A stretch of DNA of 64,000 bases from Oculina patagonica (taxonomy: Eukaryota), in contig NC_135763.1 in NCBI RefSeq assembly GCF_052425735.1, positions 28,706,001 to 28,770,000 on the forward strand, in the 5' to 3' direction. Below the pieces are notes generated by a model. It was not told where the DNA came from and searched no databases. It was given only the letters and a program-made list of their open reading frames with translations. A program made the translations under genes and the position numbers. Below, piece by piece: positions 28,201 to 40,200 of this stretch. Numbering within the stretch: the first letter of the stretch is position 1; every line of letters starts with the position of its first letter.

Positions 28201-31200
28201 AAAATTTCCCATCACTTACCTTGAAGGGATTGTGCCTGTTCCAGTAAGAATGAGAGGGGAGTGTACTGTACTGTGCGGCACTTCAGAAAGATGGGTCACT
28301 GGAGTGGGAGCACTGGGACGCATGCTAGAAGAGGTGTACTGCTAAAGACAAAAGACAAGAATGTAAGGGCATTACAAACCAAGCAATCACCAATTAAAAA
28401 ATAACATATTCTTGCACACAGTATATACGATGCACACACACACATACACACATAAGCACCTCCGGATCTGCCATTGAAGAATCGCTTTAAGATTTCTACT
28501 TATTAAAAAAATCGAACAACCGTAATAATTTTATCTAGTACTCTCCCATTAATAAATGCCAAAACCCCTTCATTGAACATCGCCATTTAAAAGGGTCTTT
28601 GTAATAAGCCCCCCCCCCCCCTCCCCTACTCTAATAAGTGCTGCTTACTCCGATGCATCCACTTAACTATATGCTCCCATCTTATGATATAACTAACAGT
28701 GAACCGAGTTTAGTTAGGTTGTGAGTTGGTAATGATTTGTTTTGCTACTTTAGAGTTAATTTAATCCAAAACGGCCTATAAAAACCAAATTCCAGTTTGC
28801 CATTCGCCTAGTTTGTGAGCTTCAAAAATTTCAAAACAAAACAAAAAGTATTAAAAATAAGTACCCCATCCTGAATAAGGGCCCTCCCTTAATCCACAAA
28901 AATTTGATAATGACTCCACGTCCTAATTAAATCTTTTTACAGTAAATTGTCTTCTTTTCTTTGTGTTACCTGGATATTTGCTCACAGGAAACTATCACTT
29001 GCCAAAATTTACCTGAAAGAGTGGATCTCGAGGGGGTACCACTGGGTATTCCTCTGACATCCTACAACAAAAAGACATAACATTTTATTCTTCTCGGGAC
29101 AGAAAAGAGACTGTTGTGAACATTTTTAATGTTTTTTTTACTAATCAATAATTTCTTTCAAACTATTTTTCCAAATTATCTAGAAAGGATCCAAAATCTT
29201 TGGAATTCTGAAGTATACCATTCTTTCTGTTTTAAATCTTTGTCTGACATTCTGGATCCAAAAAAACCTTATAATCACTTATTAGAGGTCTATCTTCTTT
29301 TAGCCTGTCTTCAACCTCTTTACTACGCCCCCGTAGTAAAGTCTGTCCCAGTTTTCGCTCGCCAAATAAATTCAAGCTGTGTTCACATTAAACCCGAGAC
29401 ATGCAACATGTTTCACCTAAACATGTTTCTAAATGCATTGTTCGCATCAGGTGTCAGTTTCAAACACGTTTTATGCTTGGTTGTGTACTTTGTGCGGCTT
29501 TTCGGTACTTGCAATAAATCTTGTTCACTTTAACCGAAAAATGGAGCTCGAAATAACACTAACATTTCCGTTCATTCTTTGGTTTAATAGTGTCAATTTT
29601 CAAGCCCTTCGCAGGAGAAGGACTTTCCAGTGTTAGCAAGGAGACAGCATTGCGCTATCTTCGGTACAAGAAGAATTGTTTGTGAATTTTGGCTTTGCAT
29701 TGCAAAGCTGTGCACTTGTATCCGTTTTTTGTTAAGTTTCGTGGCGATGTTCTCCGAAATATTCTTTCTACCCATCGCCGATAATTGCCGTTGAATCGCT
29801 CCATCAGCTCATATTTCAACTAAACATTCTGGTTCTTTTGGGCACTCGCAATCTGATACTCGCCGAGATACCGAGACCCTTTCGACTTTATATAGCATTC
29901 TTTTTTTTTTCAAATTCAAGCCCGAGAAGCTGCGATTCAAAAATCCGAGCGCGAGACTTTTACAGCGCTCTGTAGCTCTCTGTCTGCTCTATGCCTCATG
30001 CTAGATAAATCGAAACGGTAATTCACGAGCATTATTTATCCAAGGAGAATATTAATAAGTACTATCTTAGATTTCTACGAAATTTGCAAAAGTATAAATA
30101 CCGTTATCCAAGCCTACATTAGCGATTGCAATGTTGAGCAGTTTATCATGATTTTTCTTCGTTTTGTTGTTGTTGCTGAGGTTGTTATATTACAGATCAT
30201 TCAGATTAAACTTTTGCTTTCGCGAAACTCAAATTGCAAATTTCGAGATTCCGAGACCAGCGAGGACAAGATTCCGGGATTTGCCGAGACTCATTATATT
30301 TCAAGGACCATTCTATACCCCTTCCTCTTCGCATGTCCGCCATTTTTAACGGGTTTTAAAAAACCGTTTCGTCTGATCAAGACCGAAACTACCTCGTGAG
30401 GTAGTTTCAGTCACGCTCAGAATAAACGTTTTGATCATGATTCGCACAATGCACCGTCTGATGTGAACACTTTTCATGACGGAACATGTTTCATTCCTGA
30501 TCAGGCTAATCTTTTTTAAAAACCAATTTTTCTCGATTTTCGTGGGAAATTTTATCTACTTTTAAGGTAGAAGAGGTTTAAAAACCTCTTCTCTTCAACC
30601 TCAGTTTGGCATTATGAACTGCCCCATCTTCTTACATTGAGATATGAACACAAGCCATCTAAGCTACGAGATAACAAAATTTAAAATTATTTTTTAAAAT
30701 TAAATTTCAGGACAGGAGCTGTGGCAGGAAGCCTGCTGTCGATTTTTTAAGTTTTCTATACAATCTTTGCACAGTAAACTGATATCTCTAGCATCTTAAT
30801 TGGGATATATTGACCCGAAAATAAATTTAGTCTGGCAAAGTTGAGAGGATTATTGAACAGGATAATTACCTTTTGAAATGTAGCAAAAATATAGACGTCT
30901 GTTGATATTGTAATATTGTAACCCTCGAATGCATTGCTTGAAGTATCAAGAAGCAGGTTTCAAGGGGAGAGGGAGAGAATGCACAAATAAGACAAATATT
31001 TAGCTAGGAGCTGCTCTAAGGTCCTTAAATTTTTTTTTTAGGAAATCAACTAAGGACATATCCATATGATGAAAAGATTACGTTCAAAAATTAATATTCC
31101 AGTTTATACGTCTGAATACGGACACACTTTCATAATTAATCTGTGAACACTGTTCATATTGCATCCAGATTATTACTTAAAATATACCAGTAAAAAACGC

Positions 31201-34200
31201 AGGACCCCTGCGTCGGACAGTTCGATTTTGGGTAGAAGAGTTGGGTAGCCGCCCTCGCAAGGTCGCACATAGAGACCTTACAAACTACACTTCTACAGAA
31301 CAATGAAACAAACAACGGGAACAATGCGCCTAGCCCACAAAAATAGCAACAGTAAATTTGCAATAAGCAATACGAGAGCTGCTAGAGTGAGACTAGGGCA
31401 GGAAACTTAGGCCGTCCGAGACGGGTAACATTTTAAAATGAATGAAATTAACACGACGTACACAACAGGAACAAGTTTATATTAAAAACTAGTAGTAATC
31501 AGAGATTAGGGGAGTGCGTTCGACGTATCTGTAAGGTAAGGTAAGCAGGCAGTGGCAAAAAACCGACATGGTCGGCCTACTAGTAGTATGCCTTATGTCA
31601 AAGTTAGTTTCCATGCTTACTGATACCTCACTAAACGCGAGGAGGATAAGGGTGAGAAAGATTGTGCGACGAGCCAAAATGAATGAAATATTACACAAAA
31701 ATAATTATTTATTTCACTTGACCTGTTATCGTTTGGCACTAACGAGATTTAAACTTCCACAAACTTCGAATTCTGAAAATAATTTTACTTTGATTTAAAA
31801 TTACACAAAGTACTTAAAAATACAGACAATTCACACAGTAATCCACTACACGCATATTACATTCACACAACGATTTCCTCGTCAAAACGTCTAGTGTTTC
31901 TTGGAAGAACGGTATATCACACATTCAAAGAAGTGATAAAACAATTTCGATCCGTATTATACCCACTCTCGATGCATTCAATTCTAACAATTTGTAGTTT
32001 TGTGCAACATATAATTGGAGGAAAATACGCTGGTTTACCTACGAACGAACTCCGTACGAAACTACGCATCGACTTACTCGATTTCCACTCTTTTTACGAC
32101 GTTCGGTGGCTGAAGACAACTCTGCTACCTTGGATGATAACCTTCTAATGTTCTCCATGACATTTTGCCAAAATTACAATTTTGGAAACACTTCTTTAAC
32201 CCTTTTTTTCAAGCAAAATAATGTTTCTAAGCTCCGTTTGGGACGCCATCTTGTTTTGCATAAAATCGAGGCCATGCATCTGTGGCTACCAGTTTCCCGG
32301 CCGAGATTTGCCCCTGCAAAAATCAATCGGGGCGACCAATTTGGAGTCCATACACCTGCGCGCGCATTACGGCTCGATTCATTCCGCATAACAGTGCACA
32401 GGCCTACCAACTCAAAAGACACAGGACGCAAAACAGAATTAGGCTTGCGCTCTCCTTCGTCGAACGCAATAAGGTTAAAACTGTTAAAAAAGACACTAAA
32501 CGTTTTCGATCAATCAGAGTGAAGTCCGAATATGATCATATTGATCGAAAACGTTTAGTGTCTTTTTTGGCAGTTTTAACCTTATTTTTAATATATTTAT
32601 ATCGGCGAAATGTACATAGGAACAAGTTTATTTTAACTACAAAAACAGTTTGGATGCAGGGGACCACGCAACGAAGAAAAAACTGCTTGGCTTCTCTGCT
32701 GCCGGATCTCTTGTTCAAGAAATGCTCGTACCAGACGTCACTCTAAGTGCTTATAAAACCAAATTGATTGCAAGGCTGGTACAACGGCAGGAGGGCAAGA
32801 TTTATTGGCCTGTAGGCGTGCGCTATAGAGGGAATCGGCCATTGCAACAATGGCGTCTGCCAATAAATCTTGCCCTCCTGCCGTTGTACCAACCTTACAA
32901 TCAATTTGGTTTTATTTTAACACTTGTAGGCATATAATCGTAAACGCAAACAACGTTCGTGGTACTTTTCCCTAACGTAGGGGTTAAGTGAACGAATCTT
33001 ACCACTTCGAGCGTCCTTCACAGTTTCAGTGATACCGGCAAATTTCCACTTTGATAAAATAATGATTTTTTCCTAGGAGTCAAGAGCGTCTGGACTGTAT
33101 CGAAAATTGGGCCCAAAAAAATGGAAATTAAGGTCATGGAAATTAACGCTCCAATTAATTAACGGTGCGAAAATAAACGTTAACAAAAATTAACGCAACA
33201 ATCAACGCGAATTTTTGAAATTCGCGTTAATTTCATGAAGCATTATTTTCCTAAACACGGTAATTTCCATGTGAGTCCAGCGGTATGGCATAATTGCAGG
33301 GACATGTTCTTATCAGGCGATCTTTGTCTATCGCTTGTGGAGTGTATCGACAACGTCTTTGTTTCAATTAAAAGAGAGGTCACTGGAAACACTTGGCAGT
33401 ACTGACAAATATGTTCCTTCCAAGAAGAAACGAAACGAAGAGGAATGAAACACGATCGCCCCTAAAAACGACTGCGTGGGAGGCCATTCCGATCTGGGAA
33501 TTATTTCAAAAGTGAAAGCGGAAATGAAAATATTATAATGTTATGCAAAGTGGTTGGCCTAGCATGTCACACCTCGTCAGAAAACATGAACGTGCAACAT
33601 AACAATTGCCGATTCCCTCTATAGCGCACGCCTACAGGTAATCACGGTACTTGTGTTCATCAAACCATGCGCGAGACTCAGCAACGATGCACATTGCTTA
33701 GTCTCGCGCATGGTTTGATGAATACAACTACTGTGATTACCTGTAGGCGTGCGCTATAGAGGGAATCGGCCATTGCAACAATGGCGTCTGGCTGTGTGTA
33801 TGAGACAGATCCAAATGATCCAAGTGATGAAAGCAGTGAAGAACCCGAGACTGGAGTGTTAAACAAAGATTTCGCTGCCCTAGCAATTTCTCCGAGACAA
33901 GATGGAGAATCAAGAATCTCCAACGGAGAATGGATGTCAGATCATCCATGGCAAAGCTGCAAACCGGATCCTAATCTCGAAATGAAAGACTTTGTTGCCA
34001 TTTCAGCTTCGTACAAATTAGACGATGATTGGATTAAGTGTCAGGGAAGGAGACAGGTTGTGGATCTGTCTAAGATCTTCTCGAATCTCCCCATTTTCAT
34101 GCAGTTAGAAATGCAGGGAAGTATAAATGGCAGTAGACAAGAGCTGGAACAGTTAGTCGTCAAAAAACACGAGAACTTTGAGTCACCGCACACGAGAGAA

Positions 34201-37200
34201 ATAGCTGTAAAAAATGTACTCATCCTAACCTCTTTCCAAAAGGACAAAAAATCTTTGCCCGACGACAGACGCTTAAAGGCAACATCCGCCTCTTCGGATG
34301 ATGATTATGTCGGGGCAATATACAATATTGATTGTGAATATATGCTACAAATGAATGTGGCTGAGTCCATGATTCCATGGTTTGATATTCAGCAGTGTGA
34401 TACATTCTATCCCCCAATGATACGAAAGATTAGCTATCCAAACAAGGAAAAGAGGTGGATATTTATACCATCTTTCCGCCGTGCAAACATTGCACTGACA
34501 GATTGGCCAGAAGATGATGTTGTGACCCCAGAATCCACCATCAGAGTACTTGTAGTAAGACCATCAGAGTTCGATAAATATGTGAAGCGCTGTGGGCGCA
34601 GTTTCCCTATTATTTGCCTCCCACAAGATGAAATCGGTGCAGGGTATGCACGATACTGGATCCAGAAAATTGCTCTTCGTTTGAAGCTGCAGTTCATCTG
34701 GATGATTGATGACAGTGTCGAGTGCTTCTACGAGTATCATCCCACTGTAGAGCCACCTTTAGGCGAGAATAAAGATGGCAAGCGGAGGCCGAGCTACAAA
34801 GACCACAGACGGCGAAAATTTGGACTGGTGTTCAAGCGTATTGAAGACTTTGTCAAGGAAGCAGACGACAGTGAAACCCCTATTGCAGCGATGAGTCCAA
34901 GGCGATGGAATCCGCTGTGTCGCCCTAAACAGCCATTTGTGTGTAAGCCTCCACAAGCTGCTGTTTACCTGAACCTCAGAGCGCTTAAGAAAAAGAATGT
35001 GTACTATCGACCGGAACTAAAAACCCTTGAAGACATGATCTTTGGATACGAGTGTGAGAAGAAGGGTTTGAAAGTTTTCATGGATAACCGCATTCTCTTG
35101 AAGGACCACAAATGGAAGGACACTGGAGCTAGAAGTCCATCGGTAAAGGATAAGTGGAACAAATAAACGGCAGCAACTGATTAAGAACATCAAAAAAGTA
35201 ATAGATGTGGAATCTTGAATGACTTTAAAACTCCTAACAGTTTTCTGATCATGTTTTGTCATCTTGTACGTCAAACAATGATTTATAATTGCAAAGAAAT
35301 GACCCCTGCTGGACATGGCCACTTTAAATTGATGAAAAATCCGAGTGGGGTTTCACTGTATTTTATGTTACAATATTTGTTTGTTCACTTACAAGTTATC
35401 CCAAATTAGTGTCACAGTATTAATTACAATAACACTAAATTAATGTGATTTAAACATTTTATTGTATTTTGTATCATATTTACTATGTTGAGGCTCCAGG
35501 ATAATGGACCTTTGCATCTTCCATATTTTTATAACACTTTTTTAGACTTGCCTTCCTCATTAAAAGCCACATCCTCACATCTAACCTTCCTAACAAGGCA
35601 ATAGTTACAGTAAAACAAAGGGAAGAAATCATTTCTTCAAAATACAGTTTTTTGTGAGAACCCATGTAGCCATCTGCATAAACACTACCAACCAATTTCT
35701 GGTTTCAGTTTCAATATTTTTTCCTATAATTTTTTTCTTGGCCTCTATGTATCCACTTACCATGTGTATTTCAGTTTTATATATATTTTTTTTAAAAAAT
35801 TGTGGTTTAATATTGTTGCCTGTGGTTGATTCCAGATCAGGAGTTCTGGGTTCAAGCCTTGGCCATCTCTCTTTGTGTTGTGTTCTTAGGCAAGACACTT
35901 AACTCTCTCAGTGCCTCTCTCCACCCAGGTGTATAAATGGGTACTAGTGAATAACATGTTGGGGGAAACCTGACAAAATGCTGGGGGACCCTGCAATGAG
36001 CTGAGCTAGCATCCCATCCATGGGGAGTAGAAAAACTCCTAGTTGCTTCATGTTATGGAAACTTAGATGAGGAAATTTGGCCTGGTGAGCCACCTGCATT
36101 CCCCAATCCATTAAATGAAAGCACAGTTTAAACATAGTTAATTTAATGTTTGTACTGTAGAGCCTAATAGGATAGGCTGCTAACTGCTTTATAGCTTGAA
36201 ACACGATTTCTACCCAGAAATCCTGCTAGATTTTTTTCTCCACATGAGTTTTTTTCTTGGCAGGTTTTTTTCTGATCTCTGTCAAAATTAATTCTCTTTA
36301 TTTTTAAGTAGTTGCTAAAGTTTCTTGTATTAACACAAGCTAAAGGACGCTTGGGACAAAATTGCTGTCACACTTTTTGTATAGAAATAATTAAGATCAA
36401 AGGACTTGAAACATGTACATTACAATTGAAGCTAAGTAAATACATCTTGTAGATACATTGCTAAAATTTAGGCACCTAAAATAAATTAATTTAACTTGAC
36501 GCATTTTTGTTTTTCCTTGTGTCAGCAATATAATAACTTACTTTACTGGCTTTCAGTACACAAGAGGACACAAAGCCAGGCCATGCTGGCTTCAAGCTAG
36601 TTCAGTTGCAAATGAAACAATTCTTTGCTTTAATTGCATGTACAGGCAGTAAGTCAATTTGTCCTCTTTACCTTGGAAGTTTGGAAGTACACACAACTTA
36701 AAGTTTTAGCTTTTGAGTAATATTTACACACAGACAATAAGGTTTTCATAGTATACATAGCAAAAAAGGTCAATTTATTTCATACTATTCAGAAATTTTC
36801 GTGCAAACAGATGGATCATCCATCCAGATGAACTACACTTCTTAGTTTCAGTCTAGTTTGTCTTCGTTGCTGATTTGAAAGATTAACTTTTACTTATGTA
36901 ATTTCCGTGGGTTCAAAGTACACGTTTCGTGTCACCTGATCATGTAGGCTCCTACCCAGACGTTCTTTTGGTTCGTCACACAATCCTTGCTTCCTAACGT
37001 TCGCGATTCGGCAAGGGGAGATTGCGTGACAAGCCAAAAGAACGTATGCGTTTATAGATCAAGAGGCTACTGATTATGCAATCTAGATAGCGATTTCCCA
37101 TCAAGACATTAGCATCGGGGAAAAAAATACGGAACGCTAGGAGGTAGATAGGCGAAAAGGGGTATGATTTCTTTATTCTTTTATTTACGTTTTGATCACA

Positions 37201-40200
37201 TTCTTATTAACTGCAGTGGTTTCGCGGCATTTCAAGCTGTAATTTTAATGTACGAGATACGCCCCCCTTTTATGTGTCACTATGTATGTATTATGTTGTA
37301 CAATCGTAGCCAGAATATATAGTTATAATAAAATTATCCTTTCAGTTTTTTACGTGATTCCTACCACAATACAAGTTAGAAAGAAAGAGTAGTTGGTTTT
37401 AGTTGTAAAGCTCAGCTCCGCGAATATTCGAGACTTTCTCAAAGTCGTTTGCTTCTCATTTACATTCTTGAAAGACGAATATTCAGAATATTACGGGGAC
37501 AATTCGTCTGGACAGATAATCCATCTGTTTGTCTGCACACGAACAAATAATTACTAGATGAACTAAATGTTGTTTATTCAAGTTCATCTTTAATAGACGG
37601 ATGAACCGTTTCTAGTATATACATTGAGAGAGTTACAAATTGTATGCAAAATGAAGTATGAGGTTGTATGGAAATCTTGCCAAGCAGACTTTGGATCAAA
37701 AATAGTCCATGCTGAAACTTTTAACTCCCACCTTTACAAAAAACATTCGATTTCAGTTGACTGGAAAGAACACTTCAAAATTAGTGATTTGTCCGAGTTT
37801 TGAGAATTAAGTCTGGCATAATTGCATTCCACAAACCATTGCACAGTTCGATTTGTTTACATTTTACCAACCAATGCCGCAAAGTGTTCGTGACGTCCTG
37901 CTAACAACTGTCATTCAAATTTGCAAACAAAGAACCAAGGGACGCGTAACGAGCGCAAAGAGCATCTGGAGAGTCTAGAGTTGCAAAATAGCTATTTCAT
38001 TCTAGTTTTAGGTCTTTTAGACTTACGCATTAGCTTTTCTTCTCGCCCCATAGATATGGCGCGTTTATACTGTCAAAATTCAACTTCACAAATCGAAAGT
38101 CATCTTTCCAAATCGATCACCATTACTCCAATTCAATCAACAAACCTTTTCTTAATCGAATGACATTTTCTCATAACAGATGGGTTCATTCGATCGGATA
38201 CTTTTCAAATTGACCAGCTTTCTTCTAAATCGAGCAAATTACATCCTTCACATAAAATAGATTAGGTTAATTCGATCAGATACTTTTCAAATTGATCAGA
38301 TACCTTTTAAATCGATCACGATACCAAGATGCTTTGCTGGTAGGGTGACCCTATTCGGTGGAATGATGGAACGGCACGGCGGAATGGCGGAATGACGCGG
38401 AATTGCGAAACATTACAAAAAAAGACGCAAAAGCAACGACAAAAACAAGCAAATAAAAGTAAAATTATAACTGCTAACTTTCTCAGACGGCGATTTATAA
38501 TAAGGCTCACAATTTCTGGTACTCTAACTGGTGGATATACGTTGCCGTGACAGAAAAACCCACTTGTTTACAGCGGCTGCCAACCGTAGAAAACCATTAA
38601 ACAATAAATATATCCCATATAACGAAGGATTCTTTATATATCTTCTTAATCCTTTGAGGACGTCGATCTCGAGCCTGGATTTCGAGGTAGGATACTCGAG
38701 CGGGATCGAGTGAGGATTTCGTTAACTTACCGAATTCTCGTCCCGCTCGAGACAATGAAACGTGTATAAAGCCGAGTACGCTAACAAACCAATTAGAAAA
38801 AAGAAAAAAACGAAAGGGCCTGAAATTTACTGAGTTCGCACTGAGAAAAAGGAAACCCACAACAAGGGGGTTTCCAGATGGTCACCCATCCAAAAACTAA
38901 CCCCGCCCAACAGGGCTTAACTTTGGCGATCAGAAGAGAACCAGTGCTTTCCTTCGCGCTTATGGTAGCAGTCCCAGACAAAGCAAAGCAAAGAGTTACA
39001 AGATCATGCAAATAAAGAACAGAAATACCTGATGATTAACTGGATTTATACTGTTATAAACTGATTTACGCGCTCTTTCTAATACCACATGGAAAGTAGC
39101 GGTTCTCATCTGATCGCCAAAGTTAAGCCCTATTGAGCGGGGTTAGTATTTGGATGGGTGACCATTTAGAAACCCCCTTGTTGTAGGTTTCCTTTATTCC
39201 GTTATTCCGTGATTAAGGATATTCCGTCATTCCGCGTTTTAGAATATTCCGCCATTCCGCCGTGCCGCTCCGTCATTCCTCCATTTCTCCGAATAGGGTA
39301 ACCCTACCAGCAAAGCATCTTGGGTATCGTGATCGATTTAGAAGGAATATGATCAATTTGAAAAGTATCTGATCGAATTAACCTAATCGATTTTATGTGA
39401 AGAATGTAATTTGCTCGATTTAGAAGGAAGCTGGTCAATTTGAAAAGTATCCGATCGAATGAACCCATCTGTTATGAGAAAATGTCATTCGATTTGGAAA
39501 AGGTTTGTTGATTGAATTGGAGTAATGGTGATCGATTTGGAAAGATGACTTTCGATTTGTGAAGTTGAATTTTGACAGTATAAACGCGCCATACATAGAA
39601 ACGTCGTTTAAGAAAGATACGGCTATGTCCTCGGAGGAGCTGACGGAGCCAGGGACTTCAGCTGAGTCCTCTGATGAGGAAGGCCTTGTACAAAAATTTG
39701 GAAATGTATCAATTTCTGGGAGTAGTACCGAGGAAGAAAGCAGTAAAGCAAATCAACAAGAAGATCTTGAGAGAACACCTGAACAGAAAAATGTTACCAC
39801 GAAAAGAGAAAGTGGCCCAGTAAGAAGAGGTCTGGCGTATCCGGATGTCTCATCAGAAGAAAAGATCGGATCAGCCGAAAAGGACGATGGAACATGGCTA
39901 TTGGAACATCCATGGGACAAGGGGAAAGATGCCCACCCGGATCGCATCAATAAGTCTAAAGTTTACACCGTGAAAGAAGAGTGGATGACTGGTGATAAGA
40001 TTGATCTAAAAAAGATCTACGCGAGACTACCTGAATTTATTCGTCAGATGAAAGGAAAAACATGTAATCAGGAGCTGGAACGCTTATTACATGTAGATGA
40101 GCAAAACGTCACAATTGAAAACGGATGTGTGTGTATAAAAAATCTAAAGCTGGAAGCAATAAACTGCACCCCGCATATACAAGAAATAGTTCATAAGAAG

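Larger units (their letters stand above)
38055..39593. repeat. Large foldback: ~340-bp inverted arms (38055-38393 / 39246-39593) enclosing the 5S-like pair
   Basis: TATGGCGCGTTTATACTGTCAAAATTCAAC... is mirrored by ...GTTGAATTTTGACAGTATAAACGCGCCATA. Internal CGATC(A/G)GATACTTTTCAAATTGA sub-repeats. The inner segment is bounded by TA-GGGTGACCCTATTCGG / CCGAATAGGGTAACCC-TA. Confidence 0.9.

Noticed and set aside
32106-32746. Several overlapping 85-154 aa ORFs upstream of the hairpins
   Set aside because: No recognisable motifs; the repeated peptides come from hairpin H1. No transposase, TET/JBP or viral gene could be supported in intron 13.
38190-38320. CRISPR-like repeat-spacer pattern (CGATC.GATACTTTTCAAATTGA)
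   Set aside because: Only two or three irregular sub-repeats within a eukaryotic foldback arm, and no cas genes.
39559-39624. N-terminal extension of the 543-aa ORF from a GTG start
   Set aside because: Non-ATG start lying within the foldback arm. ATG 39625 gives an acidic leader comparable to paralogue 1.
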